This document shows, piece by piece, positions 1-7,737 of a DNA stretch of 22,180 nt. Below the pieces are notes generated by a model. The model had not been told where the DNA came from, searched no databases, and saw nothing but the letters and a program-made list of their open reading frames with translations. Every line of letters begins with the position of its first letter. Position 1 is the stretch's first letter. The stretch lies in NCBI GenBank assembly GCA_048772705.1, contig JBLWGC010000037.1, positions 1-22,180 on the forward strand, given 5' to 3'. This DNA comes from Leidyana gryllorum EB-2025a. Taxonomy: Eukaryota > Protista > Apicomplexa. Made by a program: the position numbers and the translations under genes.

Positions 1-283
1 TGTCAGCCGGGTCGGCTGCAGGCCCGTGGCCGGCGGCAGGAGGCTTAATGGCGGTGCGTTTCGATGGCATTGTTCTCTGTTCGTGTCCGTGTGTGTTCTG
101 TCTACTGTCTTCATGCAACACATGGAAAAGGTGGGCCTAAGGCCTGACAAACATCAACGTCTGTCCTTCTGCGAGTGGCGTAGGAGCCTACCGCCGATGG
201 CATGGGAAGCATCGCAGGGTAATAGGGGATTTTGTTCTAGTAATGGTATTCTGCGTGCTCCCTCGTCCCCTACATCTCTAACA
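1..283 (-). repeat. RE1 3' LTR (283 bp)
   Basis: Identical by eye to 4835..5117; TG...CA termini; preceded on the minus strand by a purine tract. The window starts exactly at the LTR end. Confidence 0.95.
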
Positions 284-3200
284 TCCCTCCCCTCCCTGGA
301 ATCGTACGGGTTTTGAGGATTTTGGACGTTGTATTGGCTCCTGAACTCACTTATCAGGTCTTGGCCTTCTGCTTCTAGTACGTTGTTGGCGGGTTCCCAG
401 GTGAGATCGTCGTAGTCCTTCCATTTGACAAGGTACTTCAGCCCGTCATTGGTGAGTTCCTCCCCTACGATACGTTCCATGATATAAAGGGGCTCGGGTT
501 GGGCGGTTTCTTCGTTGCTGAGGTCCGTCGGGGCCACGTATGGTTCCAGTCGGGAAACGTGGAACTTCGGGTGGATTCTCCATCGTGACGGGAGGGCTAG
601 TTCGTAGGTATCGTTGGGCAGTACTCTTTGAATGCGGAAGGGTCCACAGTATGGGTTGGCCAGCTTGTGTTGGGGGGCGTGCGTGAGGTGTTTAGTCTTC
701 AGTAACACCGACTCTCCCTCTTCGAAGGTTCGGGCGAGTCTCCTTTTGTCTGCTTGGTGCCTCATCTGTGCTTCAGCCTGCCTTAGGCGGTCCCGAGCCT
801 CTTGGAGGCGTTGGAGATAAATTGAGGCGAAGGGGTGGGCAGCGGAGTGGAATCGATGTGTCCAGTTGATCCCGGGCAAGTTCATTGGGCGACCAACGTC
901 CAACTCAAACGGCGTGCTATTGGTGGCGGTAGAGAGGGACGAGTTGAACGCAATTTCCACCGTGGGGAGTAGGTGTACCCAGTCGGAGTGCAATCCGTTC
1001 AGCGTCAGGCGCAGGATCTGCAAGACACTTTGATTGGCCCTTTCGACCAATCCATTAGTTTGGGGGTGATGAGATGAGCTGTAAGCGAGATTAGTACCTA
1101 GTAGCGCGAAGAGGTGGGTCCACAGTTCGGCGAGAAACCCAGAGTCACGATCTGTGATAATCTTCTGAGGTAGTCCATGTACACGGACAATGAGGTCGAG
1201 GAATAGTGTCGCGGCATCCCTGGAGGTGAGAGTTTTGTGGCAGGGGGCTAGGCGTAGCCTGCGACTCAGCCTGTCAATGACGACCATCACGTAGTCATAC
1301 CCGTGAGATTGGTCGGTTGGCAGTTCTAAGAAGTCTAAATTGACTTCCTGCCATGGGTGAAGAGGGCTGCCTAACGGATTTAGGAGACCTGCGGCGCGGT
1401 GCCGGCGATGTTTCCCTAATTGGCACGTTCGACACGCCTTGCAGTAGGCGATGACATCGTTATTTAGCCCTGGCCACACAAAGACGGCTCTTAACCGCGC
1501 GATCGTCTTGTCGGCGCCGAAGTGGCCGGCGATCGGTGTGGCGTGGTTGTCACTGATGAGGGTGCCTATGAGTTCACGGTCATTAGGGATTTCGATACAC
1601 CCCTGTTCGGTGATGGGAAGTTCCTCGACCCATTTGATCGTACCACAGGCTCCAGCCAATTCTCGGCGTGGTGCCCAACTCGTTGGGATGCGTTGGTGGA
1701 TCGCGGTGCGCGGGAGAAAACTGTTAGTGGGTTCACAAATTTCTTTGAGAGAGTTCTCCGTCGGTGATGACGAGGGCTCTTGGCCCGAAGCGGGTGGCGG
1801 CGGAATAGTAATTGGGAACACCGCGGGCGTTCCCTCGTGGGTGGAATCGGTGAGCTGCGAATGTGACGTGTCACGGGATTTTAGGTTATTCGGCGACGGA
1901 TCTCTCGGGGCGGCGGGTCGTGGGCGAATCGGCGGTAGCGGTCGGCTTAAGAGGTCGGCGATGATATTCTGTGTTCCAGGAACGTACAGGATCGACAGAT
2001 GGTATTCGGACAATGTAATCAACCACCTGGCCTGTCGGTCAGTGAGGTGCGGTTGCCTCAATAGGTGAGTCAGCGGACGGTGGTCGGTATGGATCACTGT
2101 GTGCCGCCCTATTAGCAGATGACGCCAATAGCGGACAGCGTATACGATTGCGAGTAATTCGCGTTCGTGAGTACTGTAGCGGCGTTCAGTATCAGTCAGG
2201 GCATGTGAGTAAAAGTCGACTGGGACTCGAGTCGCATCGTAATGGCATTCCAAGGCGGCGCCCACGGCGCGGAGGCTTGCGTCCGTGTATAGGTGTAGCT
2301 CAGGTACGTTCATAGGGACAAATCCGAGTGTCGAGGCAGCCGCGAGGGCCTTCTTGAGTGATTGCCAGGCATCGAGCAAGGCCGGGGACGGCGCGATGGC
2401 GTCCTTGGGGCGTTTGAGGCCCTTCATACTATCATACAAGGGAATGGCAATGTTGGCGAATCCAGGTATAAAACGGCGGTAGTAATTCATAAGCCCTAAT
2501 CCGCTTTGCATTTCGTTGAGCCGCGACGGCAGGGTCAGAGCCATGATCATCTCCATCTTCTCGACTTGTGGTCGCACCCCGTCAGCGGATATGATATGTC
2601 CCAAGTATGATACTTCCTTCTGGAAGAACTTGGATTTTCGACGATGGATTATGAGGCGGTGGTGATGCAGTCGGCGGAAGACCTCCGCGAGGTGTTGCCT
2701 GTGCTCTTCTCGATTTCTGCTGAAGACGAGCACATCGTCAAGATAAATGAAGGTAAACTCTCCGATGGTATCGCGGAATACATCGTTCATGAGGGCCATA
2801 AATGTGGCGGGTGCATTGCACAGCCCATTAGGCATACTCACCCATTCGAAGAGCCCCCAGGGGGTGGCGAAAGCTGTGAGTGACCGACTTTCCGGGGCCA
2901 CTTGAACTTGATGGAACCCACTCTTCAAGTCGAGGGTGCTGAAGACTGCGGCGCCTGCGAGAACCATTAAAGCGTCCTGCAAATTGGGCATTGGATAAGG
3001 GGTCTTTGCAGTGCGGAGGTTCAAACGTCGGAAATCACATACAAGTCGGGGCGTGCTCGTGTCTTTCTTCGGGACGAAGAGACACGGGGACGCCCAGTTT
3101 GACGTGGAGTGGGTGATCTTCCCGGATTCGAGTAGTTTAACGAGCTGTGTGCGCATTTCGGTAACATACTGTTGGGGGATTCGGTAAGGGGGTCTTGCAT

Positions 3201-3828
3201 AGGCTGGAAGTGTTGGATCGATAAGGACAATGCGGTGGTCGATGCCGGGTCTGGAGGTGGGCGCCGGCGGGTCATCATTAAATACCGCAGGATACAAGTC
3301 ACACAACCATTGGGCGCTGGCCGGGAGCGGCGTTGTCTGCGGGGGTTCGTTTGGCGGGGCTTTGGTGTGAGATTGAGGCTCGAAGTCGGAGGGGTTGGCC
3401 ATTTTGATTGGGAAGGCGTAACATCGATCCGCGGCGTTGAGAACGCACAAACGCCCAGTCGTGTTGGGTGCAATGTGGAGCCCTAGGGAAGCAATCTCGG
3501 GGGTTGCCAAGATGAGATCGTATAGGTTGTTGTTGATGACCACAGCGCTAATGATGGTGTCACGCTCCAGAGGGCGGTGAAGAACGAGGGTAGTAACTCC
3601 AAGAGGCTTGGTCCGCCCGCCTATTCCGTTGAGTACAATCGAGGACTCCGAAACTGGGAGGCCCAACGGTCGGGCCACATTTGCTGAGACACAAGAGATG
3701 TCCGCCCCGGTGTCGATCAATACACTGATGGGTACCCGCTTTTCTCGGTGAAGGGCGTGACTTGCGCTCCATTGGACGGTAAGGGCCCGGCTCACGACGC
3801 GGCGGTGGCCGGGCGTAACGGAAAATCC
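154..3828 (-). CDS. pol: RE1 Pol polyprotein (aspartic protease, reverse transcriptase, RNase H, integrase, chromodomain); probably expressed as Gag-Pol by -1 frameshift
   Basis: ORF track 154..3795, open back to the slippery site at 3822..3828. Motifs: LIDTGAD (PR), LDLKSGFHQV and YLDD (RT), TDAS/ERELLA/TDHRPL/ADLLSR (RH), H-H-C-C plus LDF/TDRD/NGLVER (IN), GPF, and YIMERIV...YLVKWKDY..TWEP (chromodomain). The stop lies 130 nt inside the 3' LTR. Confidence 0.96.
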   Translation of the reverse strand, partial: GFSVTPGHRRVVSRALTVQWSASHALHREKRVPISVLIDTGADISCVSANVARPLGLPVSESSIVLNGIGGRTKPLGVTTLVLHRPLERDTIISAVVINNNLYDLILATPEIASLGLHIAPNTTGRLCVLNAADRCYAFPIKMANPSDFEPQSHTKAPPNEPPQTTPLPASAQWLCDLYPAVFNDDPPAPTSRPGIDHRIVLIDPTLPAYARPPYRIPQQYVTEMRTQLVKLLESGKITHSTSNWASPCLFVPKKDTSTPRLVCDFRRLNLRTAKTPYPMPNLQDALMVLAGAAVFSTLDLKSGFHQVQVAPESRSLTAFATPWGLFEWVSMPNGLCNAPATFMALMNDVFRDTIGEFTFIYLDDVLVFSRNREEHRQHLAEVFRRLHHHRLIIHRRKSKFFQKEVSYLGHIISADGVRPQVEKMEMIMALTLPSRLNEMQSGLGLMNYYRRFIPGFANIAIPLYDSMKGLKRPKDAIAPSPALLDAWQSLKKALAAASTLGFVPMNVPELHLYTDASLRAVGAALECHYDATRVPVDFYSHALTDTERRYSTHERELLAIVYAVRYWRHLLIGRHTVIHTDHRPLTHLLRQPHLTDRQARWLITLSEYHLSILYVPGTQNIIADLLSRPLPPIRPRPAAPRDPSPNNLKSRDTSHSQLTDSTHEGTPAVFPITIPPPPASGQEPSSSPTENSLKEICEPTNSFLPRTAIHQRIPTSWAPRRELAGACGTIKWVEELPITEQGCIEIPNDRELIGTLISDNHATPIAGHFGADKTIARLRAVFVWPGLNNDVIAYCKACRTCQLGKHRRHRAAGLLNPLGSPLHPWQEVNLDFLELPTDQSHGYDYVMVVIDRLSRRLRLAPCHKTLTSRDAATLFLDLIVRVHGLPQKIITDRDSGFLAELWTHLFALLGTNLAYSSSHHPQTNGLVERANQSVLQILRLTLNGLHSDWVHLLPTVEIAFNSSLSTATNSTPFELDVGRPMNLPGINWTHRFHSAAHPFASIYLQRLQEARDRLRQAEAQMRHQADKRRLARTFEEGESVLLKTKHLTHAPQHKLANPYCGPFRIQRVLPNDTYELALPSRWRIHPKFHVSRLEPYVAPTDLSNEETAQPEPLYIMERIVGEELTNDGLKYLVKWKDYDDLTWEPANNVLEAEGQDLISEFRSQYNVQNPQNPYDSREGRDVRDVGDEGARRIPLLEQNPLLPCDASHAIGGRLLRHSQKDRR
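284..297 (-). other. RE1 polypurine tract (PPT)
   Basis: Minus strand AGGGAGGGGAGGGA directly abuts the TGT start of the 3' LTR. Confidence 0.9.
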
Positions 3829-4904
3829 TGCGGGTCGGAGTCAGGGATTACTGGAAGTACCCTCCTGACCTTCTCCTGAGGTCCTCGCTGGCTAGGTCCT
3901 GGTCGCTTTCTGTCGTCGCGAGGCATTGGGCACGCCATCGAACGATGTTGTTGGCTCCCACAATTGAAGCATCGCTGCTCGGCGACACACTGGGTATGGG
4001 AATACGGGCAACGGGAGCCCACCGTCGTTCCGGTAGGTATTGAACGGTAAGCAAACACGGCTGGGGGAGGTTGGCAGCTCAAGTGGTGATCTTCCCACTC
4101 GAGAGCTCTGCGGCAGACCTCCTCAAAGGAGGCGCTTAGGTTGGCCGCGACGAACGTGGAGTCCTGTACGGGTAAGCCTCTGAAGAACATCTTGACCAAG
4201 ATGTCGTCTCCAACGGAGGGGGGAAGCAGGCGCCGAAGCCGTCTGCTTTCATCGACATAGTCCGTCATACTCCCTTTCTTCTGTAAGTCAACGAGTTGAG
4301 AGAAGGGGTCGTCGGCGTTGGTTTTCGGAGCAAACTCAGCAAGGAATTGGGTTCGGAAGGTCGACCATTCCAAGAAGGGTATGTCTGGGTGGCTCAATAG
4401 CCATTGGGCGGCTGATCCACGGAAGTGAGAGCAAGCCCACTGTGCCCTCTGCGCGTCAGGCGTTCGGCGGGGAATGAAGCGAGCCTCCACTGTGTCTAGC
4501 CAGGCTCGGGCAGTGGATCGGTTCGCTCCAGAGAAGTCCTCGATTCCCTTAAGGGGGTCCGGGGCGTGTGGTGCTTCTGGCGTTGGTGTCGGTCTCAGTG
4601 GAAGAGTGGTTTGCGAGTTTGGCGGTGCCACCGTCGTTAGGGCCGTCAATGGTGCTGCTACCGCGCAGACCAAGGTCTGTAGGTCCGCTAGCGCCTTGGT
4701 GACCGCGGTGAGCTGCTGTCGAGTGTCCAAGTCGGTAGCTATCGTCTCCACTGACCCCATCCCTGTGCTGTCTGGGGGTGCGTCGTTGGAATTGGAGGTA
4801 CCACCTCTCAGTTCCAACGACGCACTGCTACCAATGTCAGCCGGGTCGGCTGCAGGCCCGTGGCCGGCGGCAGGAGGCTTAATGGCGGTGCGTTTCGATG
4901 GCAT
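3792..4904 (-). CDS. gag: RE1 Gag (capsid-like domain plus CCHC zinc knuckle)
   Basis: ORF 3792..4955 with first ATG at 4904 (MPSKRT), inside the 5' LTR. Retrotransposon-gag-like region FSG...AWLD...GSAAQW...W..F..QF, and CFNCGSQQHRSMAC (CX2CX4HX4C). Confidence 0.92.
   Translation of the reverse strand: MPSKRTAIKPPAAGHGPAADPADIGSSASLELRGGTSNSNDAPPDSTGMGSVETIATDLDTRQQLTAVTKALADLQTLVCAVAAPLTALTTVAPPNSQTTLPLRPTPTPEAPHAPDPLKGIEDFSGANRSTARAWLDTVEARFIPRRTPDAQRAQWACSHFRGSAAQWLLSHPDIPFLEWSTFRTQFLAEFAPKTNADDPFSQLVDLQKKGSMTDYVDESRRLRRLLPPSVGDDILVKMFFRGLPVQDSTFVAANLSASFEEVCRRALEWEDHHLSCQPPPAVFAYRSIPTGTTVGSRCPYSHTQCVAEQRCFNCGSQQHRSMACPMPRDDRKRPGPSQRGPQEKVRRVLPVIPDSDPQDFPLRPATAAS
4820..4833 (-). other. 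RE1 primer-binding site (tRNA-iMet-like)
   Basis: TGGTAGCAGTGCGT starts 1 nt after the LTR end; the same 14 nt occur in RE4 and the first 11 in RE3. TGGTAGCAG is complementary to the 3' end (CUGCUACCA) of many eukaryotic initiator Met tRNAs. Confidence 0.85.
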
Positions 4905-5117
4905 TGTTCTCTGTTCGTGTCCGTGTGTGTTCTGTCTACTGTCTTCATGCAACACATGGAAAAGGTGGGCCTAAGGCCTGACAAACATCAACGTCTGTCC
5001 TTCTGCGAGTGGCGTAGGAGCCTACCGCCGATGGCATGGGAAGCATCGCAGGGTAATAGGGGATTTTGTTCTAGTAATGGTATTCTGCGTGCTCCCTCGT
5101 CCCCTACATCTCTAACA
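4835..5117 (-). repeat. RE1 5' LTR (283 bp)
   Basis: Direct repeat of 1..283; followed by the PBS; contains the gag ATG (4904). Confidence 0.95.
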
Positions 5118-5828
5118 ATGACTCATCTCTCTGCCACTGAGATGGCATATAACAGCTCACTGCAGGCTTCGACGAACTCAACCCCCCTGGAATTGGATAC
5201 GGGCCGCATCACCTTGATTCCATCAAACCTACACGACATAGCAGGCCAACGCTCCACCAGCAGCAAACTTTACCTTCAGAGGATACAGGAGGCTCGCGAT
5301 CGACTCTCAGCGGCCCAAGCTGCGCAAAAGAACCAAGCTGACAAGTGGAGAGTGCAGCAGTCGTTCGAAGTAGGACAACAAGTGCTCCTATCAACCAAGC
5401 AGTTGGCCCACGTGCCACGCCATAAACTCACCAACCCATTCGCAGGTCCATTCACCATCATAGCACGAGGTCAACATGATACGTACACCCTCGACCTACC
5501 GGACTCCTGGGGGCTACTACCCAAGTTTCACGTATCCCGACTTGAGCCTTTTCGCTCAGAGCAACGAATTATAACAATTACAGATGACGAAAACGAACCG
5601 AAGTCGGACGACGGGATATACATAATGGAGAAGGTGGTAGGTTGGCGCGAACAAGAGGGACAGCTACAGTACCTCATCCAATGGGTGGGATACCCTGACA
5701 AAACGTGGGAAAGCGCAGAGACGGTTCTTGAAGCCGAGGGACAAGACCTTATACAAGAATTCACGAGAGAGTGGAACAAAAGGAACCCACGAAACCCGTT
5801 TACAACGGAGGGGGTGGGAGGAGTGTAA
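5118..5828 (+). pseudogene. pol: RE2 pol 3' fragment (integrase C-terminus, GPF motif, chromodomain)
   Basis: The C-terminal part of ORF 4860..5828 aligns with the ends of RE1, RE4 and RE5 Pol. The stop TAA is part of the LTR-initial TGTAA. The rest of the gene should lie left of the window. Confidence 0.9.
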
Positions 5829-6036
5829 GCCCCACTTACACGGGAGTGTCTCCGGCTCCACACGTGCCGGCCGGCCAGCCCGGAGACGGAGACACGCAAT
5901 ATACACACACGTTTTTGAGTGAACATTTTGAGTGAACGACAACTTACTGAAACTAATAACACGACTACAATGCACCTAAGATCAAAGAAACAGCGACTCA
6001 GCCCCGATAGCAGAACGGGGGACGATGCCCGTTACA
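5824..6036 (+). repeat. RE2 3' LTR (213 bp, end inferred)
   Basis: Starts TGTAA right after the PPT and ends TTACA, where the sequence switches to RE3 LTR sequence. Contains an ATG (5970) encoding MHLRSKK...DARY, parallel to RE4 MDLRSGR...DADY. The partner LTR is not in the window. Confidence 0.8.
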
Positions 6037-6197
6037 CACGTGTCTCCACGGAGACACCGGCATTAACAGACACGCACGCACTAGATCTAATGACCATGAC
6101 CACACGTTCCAAGAAAGGATCGGTGATCCCTAAGAAGCTTACCCTGAAGGCCAGGGGCAATGCCCGCACTGACCCAGACCCTGAGCCCGAGACTTAC
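6037..6197 (+). repeat. RE3 5' LTR, distal 161 bp (proximal part displaced by the RE2 insertion)
   Basis: Matches 15263..15423; the terminal A of the LTR is missing at the PBS junction. Confidence 0.9.
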
Positions 6198-7011
6198 TGG
6201 TAGCAGTGATTTTATAGAAACTGACCTCTACCACCCCAGATCATCCGAAGCACAGGTGCCGGCCACCTTAGGCCAGCACATCAAGCTGGTGACGCAGGTC
6301 ACCGGCACCTACACCGGAAACCAGGATGCGCGCACGCATCTGGACAACCTTGAAGCGACATTCGACACTCTAGCAATCCCGCCGGACCTGCGAACTCGCA
6401 TAGCGTGCGGATCGCTGAAGGACTCAGCGGCACGCTGGCTCAACGCCGTCAGCGTGACCGTACCAATCCGTGATCTGCCATGGACAGCTTTTCGCGAGCG
6501 TTTCCAGAAGGAATTCGGCACCGGAGCTAAGACAGATATGGAGGAACTCCTAGACCTCCGAGCGAACCCTAGGGACCTGGTCAGCTTTGTGCGCCGGTTT
6601 CGGGAGCTGCGGAGAGGCTTGTTCTACCTGCCGGACGAGCAATTCACACAGCTCATCCACAAGGCCCTTCCTGCTCACGTGCGAGATATGCTTCTGAGTC
6701 GGAACGCCCGATCGACGGAGGAGGCCCTAGACTTCGTAGCCGAAGTTGGGAAAGCCCACGAGAGAGGCAGTTCAGACCAGCAAAGAGTCCTGGTCGCCCG
6801 CAGCAAGGGGGTAGGGCATAACAACCCGCACACCCGGGAACATTGCCAGAAACACGGGCTCTGCTATACGTGCGGCGGCAACGACCACCTGGCCCCCTTG
6901 TGCCCGAAGCGCGGACAGCGACAGGGGAAAGGACAAAGTCAGCGGCGGGCCTTTGTGGCCACGGTGGGCGAGGACAGCGAATCACCCGAGGACGGGAATC
7001 AGGATTTTTGA
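6090..7011 (+). pseudogene. gag: RE3 gag, frameshifted at the LTR/PBS junction
   Basis: The LTR ATG (6090) gives MTMTTRSKK...PEPETY then a stop. The gag body (GSSDF...YTGNQDARTHLD...CYTCGGNDHLAPLC...NQDF*) is in the frame of ORF 6160..7011. Adding 2 nt at 6197/6198 restores the TAC-AxT-GGT-AGC-AGT junction seen in RE1 and RE4. Confidence 0.85.
6198..6208 (+). other. RE3 primer-binding site (tRNA-iMet-like)
   Basis: TGGTAGCAGTG immediately after the LTR; same as RE1 and RE4. Confidence 0.85.
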
Positions 7012-7569
7012 TAACGCCCCCAAGGAACGGCGGCGCCGTTGCTTGTGGGGCCCAACCGCTTGTATTTTCTATGAGCTCTCGGAGCCGAGCAGCGGTCACC
7101 TAGACAGTCTGCGGACCCAAGTTCGACACGCGGGCGTTGTGCCTGGTGGACACCGGCGCCGACGTGAATTTGATATCCGCGGATAGTCACGCTACTGGGC
7201 CTTCCAGTGTCACACGAAGCCAAGATCAAGATGGCAGGAATTGGTGGAGAACAGTGGACTCAAGGGGAGACCTCCGCAGGCATACGAATGCAAACCGGAA
7301 AGACCTTCACTCTCCAGTTTCACATCGCAGACATCGACACTTACGATGTGATATTGGGAACAGGAGCAATCGTGCAGCTCAAATTGGCCATAGGGTCGAA
7401 CCGACAACGTGAATTAACCGTTCTCGAGCAAGTGTCTCTCCAAGATGCGAGCACAAGCGACAGAGAGCACCAAATCTACACTGCGACAGCTCTGACGCTG
7501 GACATACCCGAAACGGAACAGTGGATACTGCACGAGTATGGCTCACTCTTCAGGGAAACCAAGGCATAC
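7002..7569 (+). pseudogene. pol: RE3 pol 5' part (aspartic protease), with a nonsense codon and a frameshift, cut by RE4
   Basis: -1 frame from GGATTTT. TAG at 7101..7103 where RE1 and RE4 have Trp. LVDTGADVNLISA then shifts frame at ~7182 to IVTLLGLPVS...MAGIGG...YDVILG (cf. RE1 VARPLGLPVS...LNGIGG...YDLILA). Confidence 0.87.
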
Positions 7570-7737
7570 TGTAGTCTGCGTCTAGGCTACCTGCTCGGTT
7601 CTGTCGCAATGCTCGACCGCTTCGTAGATCCATTCGTGTGTACAATCTTAGTTGTGTTCTTAGTTCGTGTGTGCGTCCAAAAACCGTGTCTGTGTCTCCG
7701 TGCCGGTCTTGCCGGCCGGCCCGGAGACACGCTTACA
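7570..7737 (-). repeat. RE4 3' LTR (168 bp)
   Basis: Direct repeat of 12198..12365; TGTA...TACA termini. Confidence 0.96.

Larger units (their letters stand above)
1..5117 (-). mobile_element. RE1: full-length Ty3/Gypsy chromovirus-type LTR retrotransposon (5117 bp), apparently intact
   Basis: Two 283-bp direct repeats (1..283 = 4835..5117) reading TGTTAG...CTGACA on the minus strand. PBS next to the 5' LTR, PPT next to the 3' LTR, uninterrupted gag and pol with PR-RT-RH-IN-chromodomain order. The left TSD lies outside the window; the right flank is ATGAC. Confidence 0.96.
5118..6036 (+). mobile_element. RE2: 3' portion of a second chromovirus-type LTR retrotransposon, interrupted by RE1
   Basis: Integrase C-terminus and chromodomain (5118..5828), PPT GGAGGGGGTGGGAGGAG (5807..5823), then a TGTAA...TTACA segment (5824..6036). 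The protein is clearly homologous to RE4 Pol (TEMAYN...TPLELDTGRITL.PSNL.DIAG.RS). Confidence 0.9.

Noticed and set aside
1451-2068. Long antisense ORFs opposite pol (also 13888..14412 and 20153..20959) as accessory or env-like genes
   Set aside because: They are shadows of the coding strand, with no transmembrane or env features and no shared peptide between families that I could see.
1-5117. Head-to-tail tandem or circular LTR-less element (the pol end runs almost directly into a gag start within the repeat)
   Set aside because: The repeat has TG...CA ends with a PPT and a PBS at the right places, so it is a true LTR that happens to contain the pol stop and the gag start.
4860-5828. 322-aa ORF as a standalone chromodomain gene (and the 96-aa ORF 26..316)
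   Set aside because: Chimera of antisense RE1 LTR sequence and the interrupted RE2 integrase tail; nothing supports it as an independent gene.
5824-5839. TGTAAG-CCCA-CTTACA (RE2) and TGTAA-GGA-TTACA (RE3, 15178..15190) as miniature LTRs
   Set aside because: They are short inverted repeats at the LTR starts. For RE3 the LTR pair shows the LTR extends to 15424, and RE2 continues to a gag-like ATG and a TTACA end at 6036.
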